From positions 64,001 through 128,000 of the forward strand of contig JAEOTP010000012.1 of NCBI GenBank assembly GCA_016839765.1: DNA of 64,000 nucleotides. The letters are read 5' to 3'. The DNA is from Promethearchaeota archaeon (GTDB lineage: Archaea; Asgardarchaeota; Lokiarchaeia; Sigyniarchaeales; SOKP01). A model generated the notes under the pieces. It was not told the origin of the DNA. It did not search any database and saw nothing but the letters and a program-made list of their open reading frames with translations. The first letter of the stretch is position 1. Every line of letters starts with the position of its first letter. The position numbers were made by a program, and so were the translations under genes. Shown here one piece after another: positions 19,825 through 28,588 of this stretch.

Positions 19825-20095
19825 AATAATAACCTCTTATTTTTAGCTTATTTTATTGTATAATATTTCAATTGTTATTTAAATTAATCTAATACTAATC
19901 TTTCCTTATAATTAATATTAAATAAAAGGTATTTCAAATTTTCTTTTTAATCATATAGATTCTAAATAATTCTTATTTTATTTGTAGTTTCTTCTCAAAC
20001 ATTTGACGTAATTATTGGTCTACAAAAAATTATATAATCTCGAATTTTTTTATATATTATAAAACAACTAAAAATCAAAATGAGATTGAATCAAA
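19825..20095. promoter_or_regulatory. Divergent promoter region between vps4-vps25 and ESCRT-III
   Basis: Head-to-head genes with AT-rich TATA-like elements (e.g. TTATATAA near 20030, TTTATATA near 20049). GAGGT on the minus strand at 19836-19832. Confidence 0.5.
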
Positions 20096-20725
20096 ATGGG
20101 TTTTCTTAAAGATCTATCAGGCTGGTTGTCTGGAGGCCGTAAAAAGGATACAGTTCGTTCTGCAACAATTAGATTGAAAGTTTTCAATAAACGATTAATG
20201 AGACAGACTAAAAAAATGGAAATAACTGCCAAACAAGCAAGAGATAAAGCTGTAAATCTTCGAAAGGCAGGTGATATGGAAGGATCTACATTTCACGCTC
20301 GTAATTATCTCCAAGTTAAAAAACAAGCAAGGGCAATAGATTTATTCAGGACAAACCTTGAAGGCATGGTATTTAAATTAGAACAAGCAACAGCAGTTAA
20401 AGATGTTGCTGATATTATGCATGGAATTGCACAAAGCTTGGGAGCATTAAAGAATCAATTGTCTATTCCACAAATCACAGAACTAATGACCCAAATTGGA
20501 GTAGATATAGAGGATTTTAGTGTAACTGAGGAAATCACCACTGATGGTATAAATGAGGTTATGCTAGACACAGCAGTTACTGATAATGATGTTAAGGAAG
20601 TATTAGGCGAAATAGATGCCGAAATAGGTGCTGAAATTGGTGGAGCACTTCCATCTGTGGCAGAACCTGATGGAAAAGTTAAAGAATTAGAAGATGAGTT
20701 ACGAAAATTGAAATCAAAAGATTAA
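20096..20725 (+). CDS. ESCRT-III subunit, Vps2/Vps24/Vps46 (CHMP1-3)-like, Snf7 fold
   Basis: Amphipathic helix-0 MGFLKDLSGWLSG, basic hairpin with KAGDMEGSTFHARNYLQVKKQ, acidic C-terminal half and terminal MIM-like helix. Divergent from vps4. Confidence 0.92.
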   Translation: MGFLKDLSGWLSGGRKKDTVRSATIRLKVFNKRLMRQTKKMEITAKQARDKAVNLRKAGDMEGSTFHARNYLQVKKQARAIDLFRTNLEGMVFKLEQATAVKDVADIMHGIAQSLGALKNQLSIPQITELMTQIGVDIEDFSVTEEITTDGINEVMLDTAVTDNDVKEVLGEIDAEIGAEIGGALPSVAEPDGKVKELEDELRKLKSKD

Positions 20726-20815
20726 TACAAACTTTTTCCTATACATTTTGAAGTAAAATTATTTAAGATCAAATACTATTTTTAACTTATTCTTTAATTC
20801 AATTATTAATATTTC

Positions 20816-21844
20816 GTGTTATTTATGACCAATAATTATGATTTAATTTCAATTGGCAGCTGTACACTTGATTGTATAATCTCTGTAAAAGATATTCTCA
20901 GATTTGAATTATTCGAAAAGGAAATAGTTAAAAAGTATACAGCAATTGAGTATAGCCGAAAATTGAATGTGGAAAATATGCGATTTGTTCCGGGAGGTTC
21001 AGGTGCTAATATTGCTGCCGATTGTGCAATGTTAGGATTAAAGTCAACTTATATAGGTGTTTTAGGAAATGATTTCTCTGCTCAAATTTGCTTAGAAGAT
21101 TTAAAAAAGAGAGGGGTTGATACTTCAAATATTAAGCAAACACATGAGGATAAAACTGCTTTTTCATTAATTTTGAAGACTGAATGGGGAAAGGATAGGA
21201 GTATTTTAGCATATAAAGGAGCAAATAATTTACTTACTCCAGATGATGTAAGAGAAGAACTATTTGAAGGGATTAAAGCTTTTGGTTGGAGTTCCTTAAC
21301 TTCTGAAAATGGATGTCAAGCAATTGATAAAGCAATTTCACTGACAAAAGAGAATGGAGGAAGAGTTTTTGCTGCTCCCAGTATGTCTATCATTAAAAAC
21401 AATCCAATATGGGCAAAAAAATTAATATCAAAATCAGAAATCGTATCGATGAACGCTGAAGAAGCACAAGAATTTACAAATGAATCTGATAGCTATTATA
21501 GTCTTAGAAAAATTTTTGAAATGGGTCCAAAGCTAGTATCAATTACTGATGGAGCTAAAGGCTCTTTGTTGACTGATGGTAAGAAAGTTATTAAAAGTGG
21601 AGTTTATAATGTTGATGTAAAAGATACAACTGGAGCAGGGGATGCTTTTCTAAGCGGTTTGTTAGTTTCTATTTTAACTGGAATTTCTTTAGATAAAATG
21701 ATTAAATTAGCAACCGCAATGTCTTCATTAGAGGCTATGGAAGTAGGCGTTCGAACAGGAATTCCTAATAATATTCAAGAATTAGAGAAATTCATCGCAT
21801 CTCAAGAATTACAACAAATTGTTTCAGAACTCACTCAATTTTAA
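20816..21844 (+). CDS. PfkB/ribokinase family carbohydrate kinase
   Basis: PGGSGANIA, MNAEEA, ITDGAKG and DTTGAGDAF motifs. The start is probably ATG at 20825. Confidence 0.93.
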   Translation: MLFMTNNYDLISIGSCTLDCIISVKDILRFELFEKEIVKKYTAIEYSRKLNVENMRFVPGGSGANIAADCAMLGLKSTYIGVLGNDFSAQICLEDLKKRGVDTSNIKQTHEDKTAFSLILKTEWGKDRSILAYKGANNLLTPDDVREELFEGIKAFGWSSLTSENGCQAIDKAISLTKENGGRVFAAPSMSIIKNNPIWAKKLISKSEIVSMNAEEAQEFTNESDSYYSLRKIFEMGPKLVSITDGAKGSLLTDGKKVIKSGVYNVDVKDTTGAGDAFLSGLLVSILTGISLDKMIKLATAMSSLEAMEVGVRTGIPNNIQELEKFIASQELQQIVSELTQF

Positions 21845-21936
21845 AATCAATAATTAAATTCAATTTTTAATGTAATACAAAAAAAACACCTAAAAATGAG
21901 ATTAAGAATTACTAACTCTAATTTAAATCCTGATTT

Positions 21937-21950
21937 AAAAAAAAAAAAAA
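21937..21950 (-). terminator. Oligo-T (T14) archaeal-type terminator after the 21952 gene
   Basis: A14 run on the + strand immediately after the minus-strand stop codon. Confidence 0.6.
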
Positions 21951-21951
21951 T

Positions 21952-22467
21952 TTAATTAAAAGTTTGGACAAATAATGAACAAGGTCTAACTGAATCAGCA
22001 GTACTACTTCCCTTATATACTAATGTAACAGTATGACTTCCTGAAGTCATGGTTGTGTTATAATGCTGTAATGATACAGACATTCGTAAACCATGAGCAG
22101 AAGCAATATTATATCTTTGTACATAAATTCGAGGTTGAGGCCACATAAGGCCATCTATTTCAAAATGAACTTCAACATAACTAGTAGGATTCGAGCTATC
22201 ATCAAAATTTATTTCAGCTATAAATAAAAAATAAACATCTTGTCCCGAACTAACATCAAAATCTATGGATATACTGGAAATAGTTCCCCAAGCTTCGCTT
22301 GCTTGCATGTAAAACACAGTCGTAGAAAAATCATACCATTGATTTTCTGCTGGTGATGTAGGAGGACTTGCAATATAATTGTCATATAAAATGAAACCTG
22401 TTGCTCCAAGACTAACGATTAGAGCAATCACCGCAATAATACTACTACCTCTTCCCATCTTTTCCAT
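21952..22467 (-). CDS. Membrane-anchored exported protein with small beta-sandwich domain
   Basis: N-terminal TM IIAVIALIVSLGATGFIL, Pro/Ser linker, then a beta-rich domain ending SGSHTVTLVY..SLFVQT. Confidence 0.7.
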   Translation of the reverse strand: MEKMGRGSSIIAVIALIVSLGATGFILYDNYIASPPTSPAENQWYDFSTTVFYMQASEAWGTISSISIDFDVSSGQDVYFLFIAEINFDDSSNPTSYVEVHFEIDGLMWPQPRIYVQRYNIASAHGLRMSVSLQHYNTTMTSGSHTVTLVYKGSSTADSVRPCSLFVQTFN

Positions 22468-22739
22468 CTTTTTTTATTTTAAATGAAATTTGTAATTAAA
22501 TATAATTCATAGGCTTTTAAATTTATCTAACGAAATTTTTTACTCAGTCGATATATTATCCATTTTGCGAGAGTGGACCACTTGAACCCGATTATGTCCG
22601 TAAATATATTTTTCCTCCTCTTTCTTTTTTACACCGTTTCAAAACTCACTCAATTTTAAAATCGAAAATTAAATTTCAAAACTTTTTAAATCTATTGATT
22701 AACTAATCCTTATATTAAAAGTTTAATATAATAAAATAG

Positions 22740-23264
22740 ATGGATGTTTACAAGTTTAAGATCGTGATTATTGGCGATGGTGGTGTTGGAAAAACAACAT
22801 TAACACATCGGTATCTCACGGGTGTCTTTAAAGAAACTTACAAATTGACTCTTGGAATGGATTTCTATTTAAAAAAGCTAGAAATGAATGGAAAACAGAT
22901 AAAACTTCACATTTGGGATTTTGCTGGAGAAGAAAAGTTTAGATTTTTATTACCTAGTGCTGTTCTTGCCGCACAGGGGACAATTTTTATGTATGATATT
23001 ACAAGGTATAATACATTTAAGAATTTAACTGACTGGTTATCTGTTTTTGATGAAGCAAATAAAACTCATAATCAGGAAGTATCTACGATTTTAGTAGCAA
23101 GTAAATTAGATCTTGAGGAAAATCGAGCAGTTTCTGAGAATGAGGGCAAAATTTTTGCAGAAGAATATAAATTCTCAGAATATATAGAAAGTTCTTCAAA
23201 AACAGGGGAAAATGTTGACTATATATTTGAAAAAATCACGAGAATAATACTTAAAAAGATATAA
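22740..23264 (+). CDS. Rab-like small GTPase (Ras superfamily)
   Basis: FKIVIIGDGGVGKT, TLGMDF, IWDFAGEEKF, YDIT, SKLDL and ESSSKTGENV. No C-terminal cysteine motif. Confidence 0.95.
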   Translation: MDVYKFKIVIIGDGGVGKTTLTHRYLTGVFKETYKLTLGMDFYLKKLEMNGKQIKLHIWDFAGEEKFRFLLPSAVLAAQGTIFMYDITRYNTFKNLTDWLSVFDEANKTHNQEVSTILVASKLDLEENRAVSENEGKIFAEEYKFSEYIESSSKTGENVDYIFEKITRIILKKI

Positions 23265-23380
23265 ACCTTTACCACTTATCTAATTTCTTTTAGTACTAAT
23301 TTAAAACATCTAATTATCATTATACTTATAATGCATCATAATAACTAGTATTAAATTTTATAATTTGAGTTGAAATTAAG

Positions 23381-24244
23381 ATGAATATAACTAAATATAA
23401 AAGAGCTTTAATTTACTTTGCGATATATTGTATATTTTGGATTGCTATTTCTATTGCACTATCTTTGCTAACAGGTAAAGGAGACGACTTAACAAAATTT
23501 ATTCCAATTTCTGATATGGGAATTGAAACAGCCCTAATTGCTATAGTGTTATTGCCATTATCTTCAATAATAGGGTTATTTATTGGTGGTTATGGGTTTT
23601 CACCTCTTTTTCTCTACTTCCATAAAAGAATTTTTAGATCAAAAGCGGAGTATGGTATTTACAATAGGCCAGAATTTGAAAAATTTAAATTCTTTTCTTC
23701 AGGTTTGTTTTCAGCATTAATGGCTATTAACTTTTCACTATTCTTACTTAATCCGAGTATCGTGAGCCTTTCAATAGGCTCCATTCCTGACAGTCAAGAT
23801 GATTATGCTAAAACTTTTGTAGTACTATTAGTATTTACATTTATTATTGCAACAATACTCTTCTCAACTACGTGGTTTATAAAAGATTCTGGTATCCTAT
23901 ATTCAAATAAAAATCACCTTAAAAAAACTAACAATCCTCCCGAAATACGTTCTATTGGCAGATGGTATGGACAATTTTTAAAAGGATATGCTGGTGTGTC
24001 TGTAATATTTTCATACTTTGAATTTATTACAATTTTTCTAGTAGAAACTGCAGGTATAGGAAATTTATTCCCTATTTTGCTGGCAATCTTCATTCCATTC
24101 CCATTTTTCATGATAATCCCATATATTCCAACTTTAATAATCTCAGATGTAATTGAACAACATAGAAATAATTATATTCGAAAGTATGCAAGAAAATTAG
24201 GCATTACCAAACCAGTTGAAATAACATTTGAATTGGGAGTATAA
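23381..24244 (+). CDS. Multi-pass membrane protein, unknown function
   Basis: About six hydrophobic segments, with a WFIKDSGILY / SIGRWY..FLKGYAG conserved-looking loop. Confidence 0.75.
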   Translation: MNITKYKRALIYFAIYCIFWIAISIALSLLTGKGDDLTKFIPISDMGIETALIAIVLLPLSSIIGLFIGGYGFSPLFLYFHKRIFRSKAEYGIYNRPEFEKFKFFSSGLFSALMAINFSLFLLNPSIVSLSIGSIPDSQDDYAKTFVVLLVFTFIIATILFSTTWFIKDSGILYSNKNHLKKTNNPPEIRSIGRWYGQFLKGYAGVSVIFSYFEFITIFLVETAGIGNLFPILLAIFIPFPFFMIIPYIPTLIISDVIEQHRNNYIRKYARKLGITKPVEITFELGV

Positions 24245-24345
24245 TTTAAATAGTATTTTTACCTTTTAGCAAATCAATAAATTTTAATTTTTATTTATAT
24301 TAGGAATTACATACTATTTATTTTTCTAAAATAATTGATAGGAAA

Positions 24346-24416
24346 GCGTCGTTAGTATAGTGGTAGAATTCACGCCTGCCACGCGTGGGACCCGGGTTCG
24401 AATCCCGGACGACGCA
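24346..24416 (+). tRNA. tRNA-Gly(GCC)
   Basis: Acceptor GCGTCGT/ACGACGC+A, anticodon arm CACGC-CTGCCAC-GCGTG, T arm CCGGG-TTCGAAT-CCCGG. CCA not encoded. Confidence 0.97.
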
Positions 24417-24590
24417 TTTTAAAAATAACAATTCAACGAAAAACGTAAAACTTTGTAATGCAATCAATTTGTCTTTATAATATCTAAATATCATTACAGT
24501 GATATTATGATATATATAAATTAACGTGAAATCCACCTTTCACGATCAATTATGAATTAGCGGGATGATTAAAATCAAATTTTCTTAAAT

Positions 24591-25433
24591 TTATAAAGTA
24601 CTAAGAAAATTTGAAATATCTGAGGATCTAGGGACTTCAACTTCAAAATAGTATTCAACAATTTCATACAAATAATCTAAATAAGGAATGGATATTTTAA
24701 CATCATGTTTTTTTTTCAATTCACTTATCATCTTTTTTGAATAGATTTTTTCATTCTTCTTTAGGTTATTAATAACATCTATTATGGTTTTAGATAATTC
24801 GAAAGCTTTTTGTATTTCATTTTTTAGGATAATTAAACTAGTTAACGGATCATATTCACTTAGAAATTTCTGAATTATTGTCTTTTCTACATTTAATTTG
24901 GTGGATTGAATTTTACTATTAAAATCATTAATTACTTCCCGACCTTTAAATGCAAAATGCTCATCAAATGCCTTACTATTATAATCCTCTTCAGTAATCA
25001 TACTAAGATCAATATTAAATGTGTTTTGTGTTAAATAATCAATAAAGTTTGAAATTTGGCTAAACATGTATGTTTGATCAGAAATTATAACTATTTTCTT
25101 ATTATAGATCATTGCCCTCAATACATAGCCTAGTAATGAAGCTGTTAAATTTAGTTTAATTAAATCGATTTCAAATAAATCCGATAAATCTTTCTCAACT
25201 TCAGTTATTTCTTCAGAAATAGCATTTGGGAGTTCGACTTGAAAATCGGCTTTAAATGTATCTCTTACAACAAAATTTTTATCAACGTAAGCAACAAAAG
25301 AATGTTCACAAACAATACCTTCTTCGATGTTAACTGTAAATAGACCTCGCGAAGCTTTTTTAACTTCATCATCAGAAACTTCGATAAAATTATTTTTTGA
25401 GCAAGTGGGGCAACGAACTTGAAGTTTAGCCAT
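24591..25433 (-). CDS. Zn-ribbon (CPTC...CEH) protein with possible DENN-like C-terminal region
   Basis: N-terminal CPTC..CEHSFVAYVDKNFVVR. Segment LLGYVLRAMIYNKKIVIISDQ resembles the cDENN core helix-strand. Confidence 0.55.
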   Translation of the reverse strand: MAKLQVRCPTCSKNNFIEVSDDEVKKASRGLFTVNIEEGIVCEHSFVAYVDKNFVVRDTFKADFQVELPNAISEEITEVEKDLSDLFEIDLIKLNLTASLLGYVLRAMIYNKKIVIISDQTYMFSQISNFIDYLTQNTFNIDLSMITEEDYNSKAFDEHFAFKGREVINDFNSKIQSTKLNVEKTIIQKFLSEYDPLTSLIILKNEIQKAFELSKTIIDVINNLKKNEKIYSKKMISELKKKHDVKISIPYLDYLYEIVEYYFEVEVPRSSDISNFLSTL

Positions 25434-25570
25434 ATTTGGAATCGATTATCTAATTAATTTTTATACTATCTAGATTATGAATATTGATTTATATAAATCT
25501 TAACTATTTTGATGTGAATTTAATAGGAGATTTTAGAGTATAAACGAAGGCTATTATGGTTTTAAAAAAA

Positions 25571-26050
25571 TTAATATCTTTTTATCTTTCCGTATCTTTT
25601 CTCAATGAGATTTGCTAACAGCAAACATATTAACGCGGAAAAGTTTTCTGCCACTAAAAATGATAACGTATTATCTAAATAAATAATGCCAATATAATAA
25701 GAAATAAAGAAGAAGATTGTAAAAAAAATAAACATAATAAGTAAGGGTTTTACAATAGGAAAATTTAAAATTCTCTTAAGAATGGGTAAATCGCCTCTTG
25801 ATTTCTGAAATTGTGTTTTTAACTTTTGTTTTCGTTCTATTTGCGCATATGCCTCAAAAATTATTGTTGTTCCAAAATATAAAGCAACAGTAGCTCCAAT
25901 CGGAATTAATATAACAACATAAAAACTTCCAACACTTAATAAATATTGTGCAATGAAAATGAATAAAATTTGAAAAAACCCACAGGCTCCAAAAATCATA
26001 AAAGCAAATGGGATATATTCTTTCGTTCTCCAGCGTACTCTTATTGGCAT
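25571..26050 (-). CDS. Four-TM membrane protein, unknown function
   Basis: Two pairs of hydrophobic helices separated by a basic loop. Confidence 0.75.
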   Translation of the reverse strand: MPIRVRWRTKEYIPFAFMIFGACGFFQILFIFIAQYLLSVGSFYVVILIPIGATVALYFGTTIIFEAYAQIERKQKLKTQFQKSRGDLPILKRILNFPIVKPLLIMFIFFTIFFFISYYIGIIYLDNTLSFLVAENFSALICLLLANLIEKRYGKIKRY

Positions 26051-26086
26051 TTTTTAGCAATCTTTTCTTAATTTTTTTTAATATAA

Positions 26087-26177
26087 TGGGCCCGGCGCGA
26101 TTTGAACGCGCGACCTTCCGCACGTCAAGCGGACGTCACTGCAGGCTTTCAAGCTTTCCGAGCTAGACCACGGGCCC
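26087..26177 (-). tRNA. tRNA-Val(GAC) with a 17-nt non-canonical intron in the D-loop (about position 21/22; 26139-26155)
   Basis: Acceptor GGGCCCG/CGGGCCC+A, anticodon arm TCCGC-TTGACGT-GCGGA, T arm GCGCG-TTCAAAT-CGCGC. The gene is 91 nt; removing AGCTTGAAAGCCTGCAG gives a normal 74-nt cloverleaf. Confidence 0.9.
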
Positions 26178-26361
26178 AATGAATTATCTATCAATTCGAT
26201 ATTATAATTATCGAAATTAATGATATGTAATTTATATTATTAAAAAATAAATATTTTATGAGTCTTTTTTTTTATTTTTAAGAAGGAGCTATCACTAAAG
26301 TATTAATCTCTAGATTTATGATTTTTGAATTATAAAATCAAAAAAAAATAAGATTTATGAT

Positions 26362-26973
26362 TTAAATTATATTAGCTATGTTTAAAAGATTGAGGGTAAA
26401 ATAGCTCAAAAAAATAGCAGCAAAAATAATCATGAAAACTTTTTTTATTAAAATTGTGTTAACAAGAATTAATATTGCTGCTACAAGGAAAAGGATACCT
26501 ATTATCCATTGAATTATCAAATACATTACAGGAGGAAATCCAAAAAAAATAATAAATATGCTAAAAGTAAGAGAAGAGGCCCATGCTATAGTCAATAGAA
26601 TTCCTGCTGATAAACTTAAACTACCCTTATGTTCTTTATTTTTACTCCCAAATTTAATAAATGCAATTCCAAGAATTATATTCACACTATAGTTAATAAT
26701 CATTATTGTTAAATAATAAGATAATCCAATAAAATAATCCGGAAACGTGTATGAAAACATTACAGAGGGTAAAAATTGAGAAATTATGCTCCAACTCAAG
26801 ACAATAATCCCAACAGTGCTTAAGAATTTCACTGATTCAAAATTTCTCTCATCTTTTTTTAACTCTGAACATCCTATAATTAAAAAGATATAGGCTGCTA
26901 CGGGTAGAATAAAATAGAGCCATCCCCAAACAGAATATATCCAATCCCAGTAAAAATAAAAACTTATTGCCAT
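26362..26973 (-). CDS. Multi-pass membrane protein, unknown function
   Basis: About six TM segments. AAGGT SD-like element upstream of the ATG. Confidence 0.75.
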   Translation of the reverse strand: MAISFYFYWDWIYSVWGWLYFILPVAAYIFLIIGCSELKKDERNFESVKFLSTVGIIVLSWSIISQFLPSVMFSYTFPDYFIGLSYYLTIMIINYSVNIILGIAFIKFGSKNKEHKGSLSLSAGILLTIAWASSLTFSIFIIFFGFPPVMYLIIQWIIGILFLVAAILILVNTILIKKVFMIIFAAIFLSYFTLNLLNIANII

Positions 26974-27219
26974 TGGTTGTTCTACCTTTTTGAAATATTT
27001 GTTTTTAAGTTTTTTAATTAGATTTCTATATATTACTGTTTATCAAGAATATATATAATAATTTATTGGAAAATATATGATAAATTATATTGGATTATAG
27101 TAACAAACTCTTTTAAGTATTTTAAACCATTAGAACTATACTTATACAAAAATCCTCTTCTTGCGAATGATAGGATAAAGAATCTAATTTTTAAAAAAAA
27201 TAAATAAAAAAATGAAAAA

Positions 27220-28461
27220 TTACTTTGATACTTTCTTTTCTCTTAAAGCTCTTATCATTGGTAAATCCTTTCCTGAGAGAATTTCTAACATTGCGCCTCC
27301 TGCAGTAGAAATAAATGAAACATCATTAGCTAAACCTGCCATAGAAGCTGCGGCACCCATTTCACCACCACCAATAATAGTAAGTGCTCCTTTTTCTTTT
27401 GTTGCTTTAACCATTGCCTTAACCATTTCATTAGTGGCTTCTCTGAAAACCTCTTTTTCAAATATCCCTGGAGGACCATTTGCAACTATTGTTTTGCATT
27501 TCATTATGATATCTTTGAATTTTTCTTCTGTTTTTGGACCTATATCTCCAGTTGTTGTATTATATGTGCCAGCTTCATCTATACTAATAATTTTCCTATT
27601 ACCATTATCATCAATTACTAAATCTTCAGGAAGTATTATTTTGTCTTTATACTTTTCATAAGTTTCTTTAATCATACTTTTATTTTCCTCTAAATCCTTA
27701 GCAATGATTTTTTGATTTGGTTCTCCCATATTTTTACCAAGAGCTTCAAAAATCAGGATCGCAGTTAATCCAGAACATAGAGCATAATCTAATTTCTCAT
27801 TATCAAAATTGTATTTCATTGCTTTAAATTTATCAATTGCTTTTGCACCGCCAATTAGCATAGCCATAGGTTTATCAGGTATGTCCATTATTTTTTTCAA
27901 TGCATTCAGTTCTTTATCTGTAATAGGTCCAGCTAACATTTTTGGCCAACCTACAATTGAAACATGCGCTCTATGTGCAGCTCCAAAAGCATCAACAATT
28001 ACATAGTCAACCAATGGATATAATGCTTTAACCATTTCAGTGTTTTCAGCATCAGAGAAACTCTTGTATTTAGCCATTTCACCATCCCATTTTCTAACAT
28101 TATTAAGCACTAAAACTTCCCCTAGTTTAAGCTCTTTTATAGCTTGTTTTGCTTGATTCCCAAAAATATCTTTAACGAATTTTACAGGCCGACCCAAATG
28201 TTTTTCAATTTCTCTTGCATGTATATCTAAATCTGTGAAATCCTCATTTCCTGGTCGAGATTGATGTGCTAATATAATCACTGCACTTTCTTTAAAATAT
28301 TCATTTAATGCTGGAACTAATGCACGAATTCTAGGAGAGTCCCTAATTTCCATCTTGTCTAAATCAATATTAGAATTTATATCAACTCTCATTAATATCT
28401 TTTTTCCTTTCAAATCCACATCCTTGTAGGAAGTATAATCTATCTTCATTTCAATTATCAC
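27220..28461 (-). CDS. pgk: Phosphoglycerate kinase
   Basis: MRVDIN, LAHQSRPG, DAFGAAHR, IGGAK, DIGPKT, NGPPGIFE and ISTAGGA motifs. Confidence 0.97.
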   Translation of the reverse strand: MIIEMKIDYTSYKDVDLKGKKILMRVDINSNIDLDKMEIRDSPRIRALVPALNEYFKESAVIILAHQSRPGNEDFTDLDIHAREIEKHLGRPVKFVKDIFGNQAKQAIKELKLGEVLVLNNVRKWDGEMAKYKSFSDAENTEMVKALYPLVDYVIVDAFGAAHRAHVSIVGWPKMLAGPITDKELNALKKIMDIPDKPMAMLIGGAKAIDKFKAMKYNFDNEKLDYALCSGLTAILIFEALGKNMGEPNQKIIAKDLEENKSMIKETYEKYKDKIILPEDLVIDDNGNRKIISIDEAGTYNTTTGDIGPKTEEKFKDIIMKCKTIVANGPPGIFEKEVFREATNEMVKAMVKATKEKGALTIIGGGEMGAAASMAGLANDVSFISTAGGAMLEILSGKDLPMIRALREKKVSK

Positions 28462-28588
28462 ATTTGTTTTGGATTGTTAATTAAAATTTAAATCACTATA
28501 ATATTCAATATCAAAAAAGTTTTGATAGGTTAATACTTTTTATGAATAATTGTGAAAAAATCAAGATTAAAAATTAATTAAATTAGAA

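Noticed and set aside
22545-22625. GC-richer patch in an intergenic region containing GGGTTCAAGT on the minus strand (T-loop-like)
   Set aside because: No T-stem pairing or cloverleaf, and no credible ORF start. Could be a decayed fragment but cannot be supported.
24318-24536. 72-aa ORF; likewise 25854-26123
   Set aside because: Both overlap tRNA genes (CVVRDSNPGPT is the antisense translation of the tRNA-Gly T-arm).
24346-26177. Possible integrated element at or between the two convergent tRNAs
   Set aside because: I saw no duplicated tRNA 3' end, integrase or compositional shift in the window.
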